Made by a program: the position numbers and the translations under genes. This document shows positions 1 through 11,637 of a DNA stretch of 64,000 nucleotides, one piece after another. Under the pieces are notes generated by a model. The model made no database searches, was not told the origin of the DNA, and was given only the letters and a program-made list of their open reading frames with translations. Each line of letters opens with the position of its first letter. The stretch's first letter is position 1. Source of the stretch: Octopus sinensis (lineage: Eukaryota); NCBI RefSeq assembly GCF_006345805.1, contig NC_042999.1, positions 109,616,001 to 109,680,000 on the forward strand, read 5' to 3'.

Positions 1-262
1 AAAAAACGAGTTTTATTAACCTAACAAAATACAGGTGCTTTCAATGCAGTGAAATAAAATACTGTTCTGCACTTTAGGAAGAAATGGCCTACTCAGATAC
101 AATAGAAACTTTGTTTTAATGACAATTAACTGATGCGAATTAACAGAAAGTCTTTTGACTTTAAAAAACACACATTTTCTGGGTGCTGATTGCTTGGGAG
201 TTATGGTTATTTGAGTACTGTATCTATATCTTTTCAAATGTTTAAATTTTATTTTCATCAGT

Positions 263-312
<50 letters not shown>

Positions 313-1493
313 TCTAAGGATACTATTTTGCATGCACCATGTGTATAAGGTAGATGTATGTTGACGATTATGTTAATACCAAAGTCAAAACAATTCTCAG
401 GGCTTTAAAATTGAGTAAATTATAGTATTTACTGTAAAATATGTTTTCATAATAGTTCTTATCAGATGAGACATGAGCTAGTTGCATATTTACTTTAGAT
501 CAGAAATTTCAAAAGGCATTACACCAGATCTGTTGTTGCCTGCCAGTAAATATTTTTTTATTGCTTCATTTTTCAATAAATATTGTTTCACTGTGGCACT
601 TGAATACATTCCTGCAACCTTGGCCCTTCCTTTAATCTAAAACAAAAGCATCCCAAATTATAAAAAAAAAATTAACTTTCTTATAATTTTCCTACCAAGA
701 AAGCTAGTATTTTTATCCTTATAATTTAATTAAATTCAGTATTTGCCTTAAATCATTATCTTAATGTTTGATTATGAATTTAAAAAACGAAATAAAATAA
801 AATAACAAAAACGAAAAGATATTTTAATTTGATTTGGATTTTTATCTTCCCAGCCCTATATTTTGAATTTGTACAGCTATAAGCAGAATTGTAACTACTT
901 TCTAAAATATTTTTGCTCAATATGGTTTCATTGTTTACCCACAGAGTTCTTGCAAGCAATAATTCACTTAATGTTAATTATTTAATTGGTTTTATTTTGT
1001 AATTAAATAGAAAAAAATTAACCATTAATTGCATATTTAGCAATGTTTAAAACGGTTTTCACATTTATTTATATTTCTTAAACAAATTACTTATAGAGAA
1101 ATTAATTGGTTCATAAGCAGATCTGTGGGTAAATATTTATAAATTGCTATTTAGAGACTTTCACAACTTTTTTAAAAGATTGTTGTACATTTGTTAATAT
1201 ATTACTATTAGTGATATCCAAAGGCAAATGAATGTGCGATATTAGAAATAGATAATCTGTTCAGGAACAGACTAGATTTTATTCATTAAGGGAAGTTTTC
1301 TAAATTACTTTTGGATTTAGAAGTTATTCAAAGAAAATTAGTATCAAGCATAAACAATTATTGGTACAATAATTGTTTTCTTGATTTGCTATTAACAAAT
1401 CAAGAAAACTTAGTTAATATTTTGATGTAATTAATGCCACTGATGTTGAAAAAGAAAAAAATGTGAATGGTCAACAAGGCTTTTAAAATTGTC

Positions 1494-1536
<43 letters not shown>

Positions 1537-2063
1537 CCATTTAATTTTCGTGTTCCATGGGTGGGATTTCAGACAACTTTGTGTCTCCAATATAATTTGT
1601 AAGTTTTAAATGTCGCTTATTGTACTTTGGTTTAAAAAATAAAATATTCTCTATAATGTATCCTAACATGACAGTGTGATTATAGAGGAGATAACTAAAG
1701 TTTAAAATGAATAACCTGGCATATAATGTTTATTATAATTAATCAGCTTTCTGAAGCAGTAGTTGTCAATGTGAATAGTACTAAGGTAGAGGCTGATTTT
1801 TAGTTGGGCATTTCTTGTTATTTGTTATTTTAAAGACCACAGTCTCAGTTCAGAATAAAGGAGATTAAATAACTTACCAGTAGGCTGGTTGTGATACCAG
1901 TAATGCATAGAACCAAAGAAAGTACTCAAGTATGATAAATGTCTTGCAGGCTGGGTATAGTATCTGTGTATCATCACTTCTGTGGTGCAGTGGACAACAT
2001 TTTTTTATAGTGATTTTGCCAAACCAGGTGAGACAGTTTGTAACAATCAACTGAATCATACAA

Positions 2064-2449
2064 TACTCTTTACTCTTTTCTCTTTTCACTTGTTTCAGTC
2101 ATTTGACTGCGGCTATGCTGGGGCACCGCCTTTAGTCGAGCAAATCGACCCCAGGACTTTTTCTTTGTAAGCCTAGTACTATCAGTCTCTTTTGCCAAAT
2201 CACTAAGTTACAGGGACATAAACATCGGTTGTCAAGACACACAAACATATACACACACGTACATATATATATATACATATATACGACGGGCTTCTTTCAG
2301 TTTCCATCTACCAAATCCACTCACAAGGCTTTGGTCGGCCCGAGGCTATAGTAGAAGACACTACTTGTCCGAGGTGCCATGCAGTGGGACTGAACCTGGA
2401 ACCATGTGGTTCATAAGCAAGCTACTTACCACACAGCCACTCCTACACC
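2064..2449 (-). mobile_element. tRNA-headed SINE, family A, near full length
   Basis: Minus-strand head ggtgtaggagtggctgtgtggtaag...ggttcagtccc (A/B-box-like), internal (AC/AT)n and A-rich tail. Related copies at 5893-5992, 19795-20086 and 20827-20898. Confidence 0.75.
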
Positions 2450-3420
2450 TATGGTTAAGGTTCTTTAAATATTACAGAATAATCTGAATTTCGTTAACTT
2501 CCAGAAATAAAGATATTTGGGATTTCCTTCACTACATAAATTATCAGAATATGAAAGGTTTGTCTGATATTTAGTCAGCCATAAATTTGAAATTGTGCAA
2601 CTCCTCTACATCTTTCAGTTGAATGTTAACGAGACTATACTTTCTTGTCTGCTTTCTGGTGTTAGCAATAATCTTTTTAGGTTTTTTTTTTTTACCTTGA
2701 TGTCTAAGCCAATGTTATTGATCATGTTTGCTTCTCCTTGATTGTGTAGACCTGATCAAAGGAATTTCAAGCATGGCAGCTCTGTCCCTTGTTTTTTCAA
2801 GAATAGTGTACTTTGGATTACATTATCCTATGTGTCCTTTCTCAAGACAGTAGAGTGTTGTTTTGGGGAGATATAGCTGCTATTTGTAGCAGGTTGAGCA
2901 ACCATGTAGAGGTTGCTGTTACTTTGTAGCTTTTATTATTGTTTTGTTTGATGATCAATCGGGATACTATTTCTATTGTAAAACTCATTACAGAAGGTCA
3001 ACAACAATTGTTTGCAAACTTTATTATATGACGGAAATCAAAGAAATTACAGCTGTAGCTATGTTGAGAACAATATGTGATTTCAAAACAAAATGATTTA
3101 TGATAAAGTTGGAGCCCACATGTAAATGGAATTATCCAGTCTCAAATCTTAAGGTTTCAGCACCATCCTTAACAGAATTACGATATTAAGAAATAAGGTG
3201 TTGTCTACAAAAAAACATACATAAATAATTAATGGTGACAAAAAACAGTATTTGTAATAAAAAGCAATCTTTATTTCCAACTTTACTTGGTTGTTGAGTT
3301 GGAATACACAATACTGCATTGTTTACCTTGAGAGGACTACTCATAGGAACTCATGGAGCATAAAAGCGCTCATATTTATATGATTGGCAGATGAGAACCA
3401 TCTGCTACAGCTGCTGGAAT

Positions 3421-3467
3421 CGTCAGATCATGTAATTTCACCCTGTTTTGGGCTCTTCAGTGACAGG
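3421..3467 (-). ncRNA. Minimal type-I hammerhead ribozyme motif (Penelope-like repeat context)
   Basis: ccUGUCA-CUGAAGA-GCCC(aaaaca)GGGU-GAAA-U(uacaug)A-UC/UGACG. The catalytic core is intact, stem II is 4 bp with a G.U closing pair, stem I is 5 bp, and the cleavage triplet is AUC. Confidence 0.6.
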
Positions 3468-3639
3468 AACCCAGTAGCAATATAACACCTCCCATCAATG
3501 ATTTATAAAATATCATTGACTATTCAGGAACTGATATCACAAATAGCCTATGGGCTTATTGCTGTAAACCTACATATTGCTGTTTCAGGAACAGCTAGAT
3601 CTGAAGTTATGTAGATTTTCTAAAATAATGATGGTAATT

Positions 3640-5450
3640 TAATGGTTCAGGACATGAATGTTAGTGAAGTTGATTTTGGTATATTTTGGCTAATGACCAT
3701 TTATGCCTCAACAGGAGCCCAAAGCTGGATTTCTTTAGACATCTAGAAGCATTTTTAGGAAAATCTCACTTATTAGTATCAGTGGATAATTGGAATAAAA
3801 TCTTGGTTATTCACAGAGATTGCTTACATTCAAGATGCAATTCTAAGCATCTGTTGTTCTGATAGGAAAGGGAAAGTGTAAAAGCTTCAAAAACTTGTTT
3901 AGACAGTTCTAAATTTTTGCCTTAATTTCCTTAATGCACTGACGTGAATTTGAATAAATAGTCATTAAACGTAGCATAAGGTACTCATACTTTCAGGCAG
4001 TTGCCTACCAAAAACATTAATGATGTATTCAGTCAACTTAGATGAAGCTAATAGGCAAAGGCCCACTTACTGGAAGCTGAACAGCTATTTCCTACTATGG
4101 AATGGTTTCAGGACGTGGATTAGTGAATTAGTTAAATAGGCATTGATAGGAGTGAGAGCATCATCAATGACAGGTGGTAGGTTTTACTAGGAAGAAAAAC
4201 AAGAGCAGCATGTATTCTCTTTTGAAAAGAAACAACAGAAAATAGTAAGCATGAGCTAGAAAATCAACAAGAAGAGGTACAAAGAAGATGCTTTGCAAAT
4301 AAGGAGTAAAGAGAGAGAGACGGTCTCTTGATCATTTTTTCAAAGTGAAACACAAAATATGAATTGTTCATGCCTGAATTCATACACATAAGAGCTGTTT
4401 GAAAGGACTGACTGATAGAGGGACAGCATGACATCAACCCACTCTTTGATCTCTGATGAATTGCAAGGGGGCCTGTGCTCCCCAACTCCATGTAGATACA
4501 TGCCATTTTTCATCAGTAATGACTTTACAACAGATTTCACATGGAGTAACATATTGGGGAAGATGGAATTTGATGCTTAACTTGGTGGTTTACCATGACT
4601 TTTGACCAAAAATGAAGAATAGTGCCAAAAGTAAACTGATGCGATTGAATGTCCTGTTGTATGAGTTTTATTGTTACATGCTAGAGTTGTCTGATATAGC
4701 CTTGGCAGCTGTCTACTGAAGCTGCTAGTGAACTAGGAATATTCCCAGTTGCATGAAGCAGGGAATGGTGACTTTATTAATGAAGGACCCAAACAATGTA
4801 GATGTAATAGACAATTTTAAGCCTATTATTCTGAATTAAAGATTTTGGTAAAGTTGCTCACCAAAAGGTTGGTGCTTGCCAATGGTGATATAATTAGAGA
4901 TGCAAAAACTTGTGCAATATCCAGCAGATTTATTTACAATAAATGCAATCTCATATTGTACATTGCAAACCAGGTTAGTGGGAGTTTCAACAGTTTGTAT
5001 CAGTTTTACAAAAGGTCTGACCATCTCTAACTGGCAACTATCCTAAGAGCAATCTGTTTTGGTCCTATCTTCCATGGTTGGATCATTACAATGTGTAGCA
5101 GCATCTGTCCAGTTGCTAAACTAAATGCCACTTATCAAAATCACTTTTCATTGTGGGTTTTGTCTATCAGAGATTCTTTGTCACCTCTTTCCTGTGTGTT
5201 TTGGATCAGGAGTCATTATTATGATGGCCAGGCAGAGGTGGCTTATTACCTACTCTATACTTGGATGGGTACCACTCCTTGAACATTGTGACTTGTATTA
5301 TTAAATACCTGATCAGACTGGAGCATGAGCTTTTTTGCTTCTTGTGGAAGAGACAGGTTGTGCTGGTCAGAAAATTCACTTGTTGCTAACTGGCCCTTAT
5401 GAGTTGGCATAACTCAAAAAGCTAATTTTACCTTTACTATGCTTTGGTCA
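3640..5450 (+). mobile_element. Heavily decayed L1/Tx1-clade LINE ORF2 (AP endonuclease to RT)
   Basis: Frameshifted remnants reading like IYA...FFRHLEAFLG (about 3700-3770), GPTYWKLNS (about 4060-4085), NFKPI...KILVKLLTKRLVL (about 4815-4880) and KTCAISSR (about 4905-4930). Many stops. Confidence 0.65.
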
Positions 5451-5464
5451 GCCTGGAACAGTAA

Positions 5465-5896
5465 TACAGGGTGTTCAAAAAGTCTCTCCACAGTGATTTT
5501 TTTTTGTAGCAATTTCGAGAAAGCATATTGTAGGACCGATATTTTTTAAGAGACTGAGAGATGTTGCTCAAATATTGTCAATCCATTTGTAGGCTAACTC
5601 ACTGAAAGTGAAATTAATAATGCATACTTTCAACAAGACGGAGTTACAGCACATACTTCACACATCACCATGGTGCTACTTCAAGAGTTTTTCAGTGAAC
5701 TTTGGCCACCAAGATCACCTGATTTAATACCACCAGGCATTTTTTTCTGAGGAAACCATTAATGAGCTAAAAGACACAATCATAACCTTCACATGGTCCA
5801 CACTGCATAAGACTCTCCAAGATGTATTTCAGCACATGTGTAGAAGAGTCAACTTATGCATTGAAAATGAAGGATGACACTTTCAACACCTCTGTA
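5465..5896 (+). mobile_element. Internally deleted Tc1/mariner-superfamily DNA transposon
   Basis: TA|CAGGGTGTTCAAAAAGTC left end, remnants YFQQDGxTAHT and WPPRSPDL, and a degenerate right end gacactttcaacacctctg|TA. Confidence 0.7.
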
Positions 5897-6488
5897 GAAG
5901 ATTCTTCCCCAAGTTTCCAAGCAGTAGGACTGAACCCTGAACCATACGGTTGGGAAGGAAGCTTCTTAACCACACATCCATTCTATTCCTATGGCTATGT
6001 CTGCACCTATTACATGCACATATATTTAAAATGTGTGCAATATTCTGTTTTTCTTTTCATTTGACATTTGAATTACTACTAATTTACTGTGAGGGACTTC
6101 TTTATAGGCCGTGCAACTTGTTATTGTATGAAGATTGCTTTTCACAGCATATATAATGTGTGCATTTTGCTATTGTTATTCAATGGTTTTGTATACACTA
6201 TGTGTAATGGTCTTATTCTTGTCCTTTTATATTTATCAAACATAGTGCACCAACAATTAATAGTATTATCATTTTGTGCTGTCATTCACTATCTGCACAT
6301 TCTTTCTATTTCAAGGACATTGTACTTTGATTAGTTTTCTATCTTTTGGAAGCTACAGTATTGATTTCTTCAAAACATTTTTTTAGATACATTATCATTC
6401 AACCTTTACACAAATTCTATTGTATCCTCTTCCTCTTCCTTCTGTTCCATCCTCCTCCTGAACAAAACACCCATTATTATTATTATTA

Positions 6489-6535
<47 letters not shown>

Positions 6536-6537
<2 letters not shown>

Positions 6538-6750
6538 GGCACTGAGCCGTCAGAATCATTAGCATGCCTGGCAAAATGCTTAGGGGCATTTCATCCATTC
6601 TTATATTCTGAGTTCAAATTCTGCTGAGGTCACCTTTGCCATTCATCTTTTTGGGGTTGACAAATTAGGTACCAGTTGAGTACTGGAGTCATGTAATAAA
6701 TTAGTCCCCTCCCCAAAATTTCAGGCCTTGTGCCTTTAGTAGAAAGGATT
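6536..6750 (+). mobile_element. SINE family B (tRNA-like head, core resembling the Meta/Sauria-SINE domain, (ATT)n tail)
   Basis: ggcactgagc..gcagaatc head, gagttcaaatt B-box-like, tttgcc-ttcatc-tttt-ggggttga-aaatta-gtacc core, ends gaaaggattattatt. Near-identical layout at 7426-7650 and, reversed, at 61095-61570. The superfamily name is from memory and unverified. Confidence 0.75.
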
Positions 6751-6767
6751 ATTATTACTATTATTGA

Positions 6768-7148
6768 GGGAGAGAGTAGTGCATGCCATCAAAGTGACAC
6801 TGGGGTAAACACATACAAAACCCAGTATACCCATCATGACTACCTGTCTGATAAGGGTACACTAGGTATATGCATCACAACCATATGTGCGTGATAATAA
6901 ACAATTCATGACCTTGCAGGTGGGGCCCAGTTAGAATTTTCTTCTGGTTGAGTAGCCTATCCTGCTCAAAAGGTCCTTGAATATGAGTTGTTTAAGGATG
7001 TTGAACGAAATACCTATGTTTCCAGGGATGATTATTATTCAAACTCCAAAGAATTCCCCTCAACACATGGCTATGATGCTACTCCACTACTTCTGCTCAT
7101 GATCAGAGATGCACATATCATCAGCCACTAAGGGACATGCTCAACTGA
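6768..7148 (-). repeat. Interspersed repeat family C, copy 1, abutting (TAA)n
   Basis: Colinear with 9904-10310 (gtgcat..catcaaagtgacact.gggtaaa...gcaggtggggcccagttagaattttc...gatcagagatgcacatatcatcagccac). Confidence 0.75.
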
Positions 7149-7265
7149 TTGTTCAGGGCTGATAAAATAAGTATCAGTTATGCCCTGGGGTTGATACATC
7201 TGACTTACACTCTGCCTTAAGTTGTTGGTCTTGTGCTAAAGTTAGAAAGAATTATTACTATTACT

Positions 7266-7650
7266 AAGGTAGCAAGCTGGCAGAATTATAGGAATGTTGG
7301 ACAAAATGCTTTGTGACATTTTTTCTGGATCGTTATGTTCTGAATTCAAATCCTGCTGAGGTTACCTTTGCTTTTCATCCTAAATTATTGGCCTTGTGCC
7401 AAATTTTGAAACCTTTATTATTATTAAGGCAGTGAGCTAGCAGAATTGTTAGCATGCCAGGTGAAATGCTTAATGGTGTTTAGTCTGTCTTCATGTTATG
7501 TGTTCAAATTCTGCCACAGTTGTCTTTACCTTTCAGCTTTTCGGGGTTGATAAATTAAGTAATGGTGGAACACTGGGGTCGACGTAATCGATCAGCTCCC
7601 TCCCCCAAAATTTCAGGCCTTGCGCCTATAGTAGAAAGGATTATTATTAT
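7266..7650 (+). mobile_element. Two tandem family-B SINE copies (the first internally deleted)
   Basis: Both start aagg..gagct.gcagaatt and share the core with 6536-6750; they are separated by (TTA)n. Confidence 0.7.
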
Positions 7651-7699
7651 CATTATTATCATAGAAGAAATCATTATCATTTTTATTATGTTTTGGTTT

Positions 7700-8460
7700 T
7701 GCTTTAATTTATATGAATTGTACCCAAGTCTCAACCAGAGATGTTGAGGTACAACAAGGTTTTGCATCTGAAGATGCTAATAGGTGAGGTGCCATACAGC
7801 TGCTGCACTTCCATCATGCTATTGTTCAACCTGGGTATTATGCATAAACTTACTTGAAAATTTTTTTGTCTCCTTCATAACAGAGTGAAGCTTCTTACAT
7901 CCTTCATGGTTTTCAACGAGCTTTAGCATCCAGTCATTAGATACTTTCAAGATACTTTGCCAGTCCAGTTGTAGTGGTTTTGTAGGAGATTTCAAATTGG
8001 ATCAAGCCTCGACCTCCTTGAGCTCTGGGTAGGTAAAGATGATCTGCATCTGCCTTTGGGTGGTGCATCTATTTTGCAAGTCAGCAGCTCACAGATTTTC
8101 CTGTCAATCTTCCTTATTTTACTCATATTCCAGTTCAACACATTGAAATTGTAAATAACAACCAGGATCGCTAAGGAATCTATTGCTAACACCTTGTTAT
8201 ATGCATTTAACTCAAATCTTAGGATTGCTCGAACTCACCTGTAATACCCCTTCCTGATCTTCTCTTTCATACTTGCATGCTGAATGCCAGAGTCCTCATT
8301 TATTCTGAGGTATTTGTAAGTTTATTCCAGCTCGAGTTCTTTTATGACTGTGTCAACATTAAGCACCACTGAATGTGAGGTCTTCTATTTCCTTTTCTGG
8401 AAAGCAGCCTTGAAACATTTATCAAGACCACATTCCACCCCAATGCCATCACAATGCTTT
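7700..8460 (-). mobile_element. R4/Dong-type (RLE) non-LTR retrotransposon fragment, RT C-terminal region
   Basis: Minus-strand remnants GLDKC, YKYL, MKEKIRKGYY, KIRKIDRKICELLT and RSSLPTQSSRRSRL, a frameshifted version of the typical RLYLPRxxGGRGL motif. Confidence 0.7.
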
Positions 8461-8521
8461 CACAGTATGTATGTATGTATGTATGTATGATGTATGTATG
8501 TATGTATGTATGTATGTATGT

Positions 8522-9840
8522 AGAGTTGGGGCAAGGATGTCACCCTGCTTAACCATTCTCTACAGTAATGGGTCCCGCCATGGCACCACCAACATTGACC
8601 CAAGCCTCTATCCCATCATGAAATGATTCAATTATAGATACAAAGTGATCCGGACATCCAAGTTCATCCTGTAGAGAATGGTGTTAAGCAGGGTGACATC
8701 CTTACCCCAAATCTCTTTTCTTTGTACTTTGCTGCTACTTTTACTCATGCTTTTGCTAAGGTTAGCTCTCTGGGAATATATGTCAGATATCGATCTTCTG
8801 GCCGCCTCTTTAATCTTCGCCGATTTGCTGCCAATTCAAAGGTTTCCCAGTCTATTATTCATGACCTCCTTTATGCAGATGACTGTGATTTAGTCACTCA
8901 TACAGTGGATGACATGCAAATACTCATGAATTGCATTTCTGCTTCTTGCAGGGCATTTGGACTCAGCATTAGCCTGGACAAGACTGTTGTAATGTTCCAG
9001 CCTGCACCAGGAAATCCATATATAGAACCAGCTATCTTGGTTGAAGGAACAATTCTGAAGGTAGTAGACAAGTTTGTCTACCTGGGCAGCACACTCAGCC
9101 GTTCTTGCTCCCTGGATGAGGAAATATCTTTCAGGTTGCAGAGAGCAACTAATTCCTTCCGGTCTCTTCAGTCTCATGTCTGGTCCCAACATGGTATCGC
9201 AAGGAGAACAAAAGTTGCTGTGTATCGTGCTTGTGTACTGACATCACTTCTCTACTCATGTGAGACATGTACTCTGTACAAACGTCAATGTTGGCTGGAC
9301 CTCAAAAATTCCAGACACACAGATCCTGAGGACAGCTGATATCTTGAGTATTGAGGCGATGGTACACAAGCACTGGTTGCGTTGGACTGGACACCTTATT
9401 AGAATGGAGGATAGAAGGATTCCTAAGCAGATGCTCTATGGAGAACTTGTGAATGGAAGGAGACTCCGGCAGAAACCAAGGCTGCGATTTAAGGACTGTG
9501 TCAAGTCCTCGTTAAAGGCCTTTGATATGCAGGACACTGACTGGGAGAACAATGCCTGTCATCGCCATAGATGGAGGAAGCAGGTTAAGGAGGGGATCGA
9601 CACTTTTGAGAGAGCACGTATCCAGCATGAAGAACTTAAGCGAGCTGCGCGAAAGCGCATGGCTCGTATAGTGAATGGGGAAAGCTTGGTCTGCAATGTT
9701 TGCAGTCGTGTATGCTTGTCAAGAGCAGGGCTCAATAGCCACCAACGGAGCTGCAAATGCAAAATATAAGTTAGTCCTAGAGTGCACAATGTTCCTGAAG
9801 GTTGGCAATGGTCTTCCTCGGTCATGAGTGGACGGCCATC
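8522..9840 (+). mobile_element. 5'-truncated, 5'-inverted RTE-clade LINE (RT plus C-terminal CCHC-like finger)
   Basis: ORF 8722-9339 has LLYADDC and VDKFVYLGSTLS. ORF 9260-9769 has LRWTGHLIRMEDRRIPKQMLYGEL...RLRFKDCVK and CNVCSRVCLSRAGLNSHQRSC. A deletion/frameshift lies near 9290. Flanked by (TATG)n on both sides. Confidence 0.92.
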
Positions 9841-9858
9841 ATGTATGTATGTATGAAT

Positions 9859-9903
<45 letters not shown>

Positions 9904-9905
<2 letters not shown>

Positions 9906-10465
9906 GAGTGAGAGAGCAGTGCATAACATCAAAGTGACACTTGGGTAAAATATACGAAGCCCAGTATACCCATAATGACTACCCGTCTGATAAGGGTACA
10001 CCAGGCACATGCATCACAACCATATGTGCATGATATGGTGATCTCATATCAAGATAAACAGCACATGACCTTGCAGGTGGGGCCCAGTTAGAATTTTCTT
10101 CTGGTTTAGTAGCCCATCCCACTAGCAGGTCCCTGAATAAGGATTGTTTAAGGATTTTGAATGAACCACCCATGTTTCCAGAGGTGAATTATTCAAATCC
10201 CAAAGAACTCTACTCAACACACGGCTATGATGCTCCCCAACTACTTCTGCTTTTGCTCATGATCAGAGATGCACATATCATCAGCCACCAAGGGACATGC
10301 TCAACTGGTTAAGGTCAAACAACTGACAAGCAAATCTGTGGTATTGAGCAGAATATTTGCTGTAGCCCATCTTTTATACCAAGACAAAACAATGTACTTG
10401 ATAACACTTCCAATCAGTTAAGATCAGAAGCCATGAGAGCCACTGCATGGAACTGCATCAGGGCA
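9904..10465 (-). repeat. Interspersed repeat family C, copy 2 (longer)
   Basis: Colinear with 6768-7148; begins directly after (TAT)n at 9861-9903. Confidence 0.75.
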
Positions 10466-10489
10466 TTTTAATAATAATTATTATTTATT

Positions 10490-11455
10490 ATTATATGCTA
10501 TATCAGTTAGCAGGAATGTTGTCATGAGGCTTGTGGATGACAAATTTTCTCAGATTTCAAGGATCTTAGGATTCTTGCAAAAAAAAAAAAGGATTGCACT
10601 TTACTGCAGGTCAACAATATGATTCTCAGTTCCAACAGCTTTCATTTAAGGTGTTGTGTCAAGTGCACCAATTACTACAAGGTTAATTGTCATTTTAGCC
10701 TTCCACAATCTCTTCATCTCTGTAGGATTTTCAATTTCCTTGATAGCAATTCTATTATCTATTTATTATGATATTGTAAAACAAAATCTGTGATCTTACA
10801 TTGTTCGTTTCTTTTGTCCTCTGCAATCATATCTGGTTTTCTTGCTTCATTTATTTGATTAGTTTTTATGAGGAAATCCCATAAAATCCTTGTAACTCTT
10901 CTTCTCTGTCACAGCCTGTGGCTTATGTTCATACTATTTTACTGCTACTTCGAATCCACATGCTCACCTGACATACTTATGCACTCTTTTACCAACACAG
11001 TCATATCTGTGTTTGCTTCCTAAGTTTTAGCAATCTTTACTGATAATATTCTGTCTTCCCTACATACAACAGAGTTTTCAAACCCAGTATCAAGGTACTA
11101 ACTGTGTTTTATGCTTCAAGCAATCCTCTCCTCACTTCCTTTCATTGAGGTAGAGCCTGTCAGTATTACTTTTAGTGTTGTGTGTCTTGTGAGCAGCTTC
11201 TAGTTCTATCTAAATTCTGTAGCCCTGCATTTGTCTATTTTAGAAAAAAGAGCAGAGTATCTTAATACTGGCATGACCCATGTATTCATTGCTCTGATAA
11301 TATTCCGTCCATTTAATTTAGCTTCAAGCACCTTCCTAATTCTTCTCTCATACTCTTTGGAGATTTTCTCTCTCATTTGACTTTCCATTATCCTATCATT
11401 TTGCAGCATTCCTAGGCAATTGTATCCCTCTGCAATCTAATGATATTGAGGTAAT
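10490..11455 (-). mobile_element. Decayed R4/Dong-type element, RT end to RLE endonuclease
   Basis: QMREKISKEYERRIRKVLEAKLNGRNIIRAMNTWVMPVLRYS (ORF 11206-11409) and, downstream, ILWDFLIKTNQINEARKPDMI; (AAT)n tail at about 10470-10495. Confidence 0.75.
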
Positions 11456-11461
11456 TTTATA

Positions 11462-11637
11462 CCAGCAGAGCTGGCAGAATCATTACCACACAGAACAAAA
11501 TGCTTAATAGCATTGTTTTCCATCTTTACATTCTGAATTTAAATTCTACCATGGTTGACTTTTCCTTTTACCCGTTCAAGGTTAACTGACTAAGTTCCAT
11601 TCAGGTACTAGAGTCGATGTTATTGACTAGGCTCTCC
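11462..11637 (+). mobile_element. Decayed family-B SINE
   Basis: gagctggcagaatcatta...aaatgctta...ttctgaatttaaatt...ggttgact...gagtcgatgt. Confidence 0.55.
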
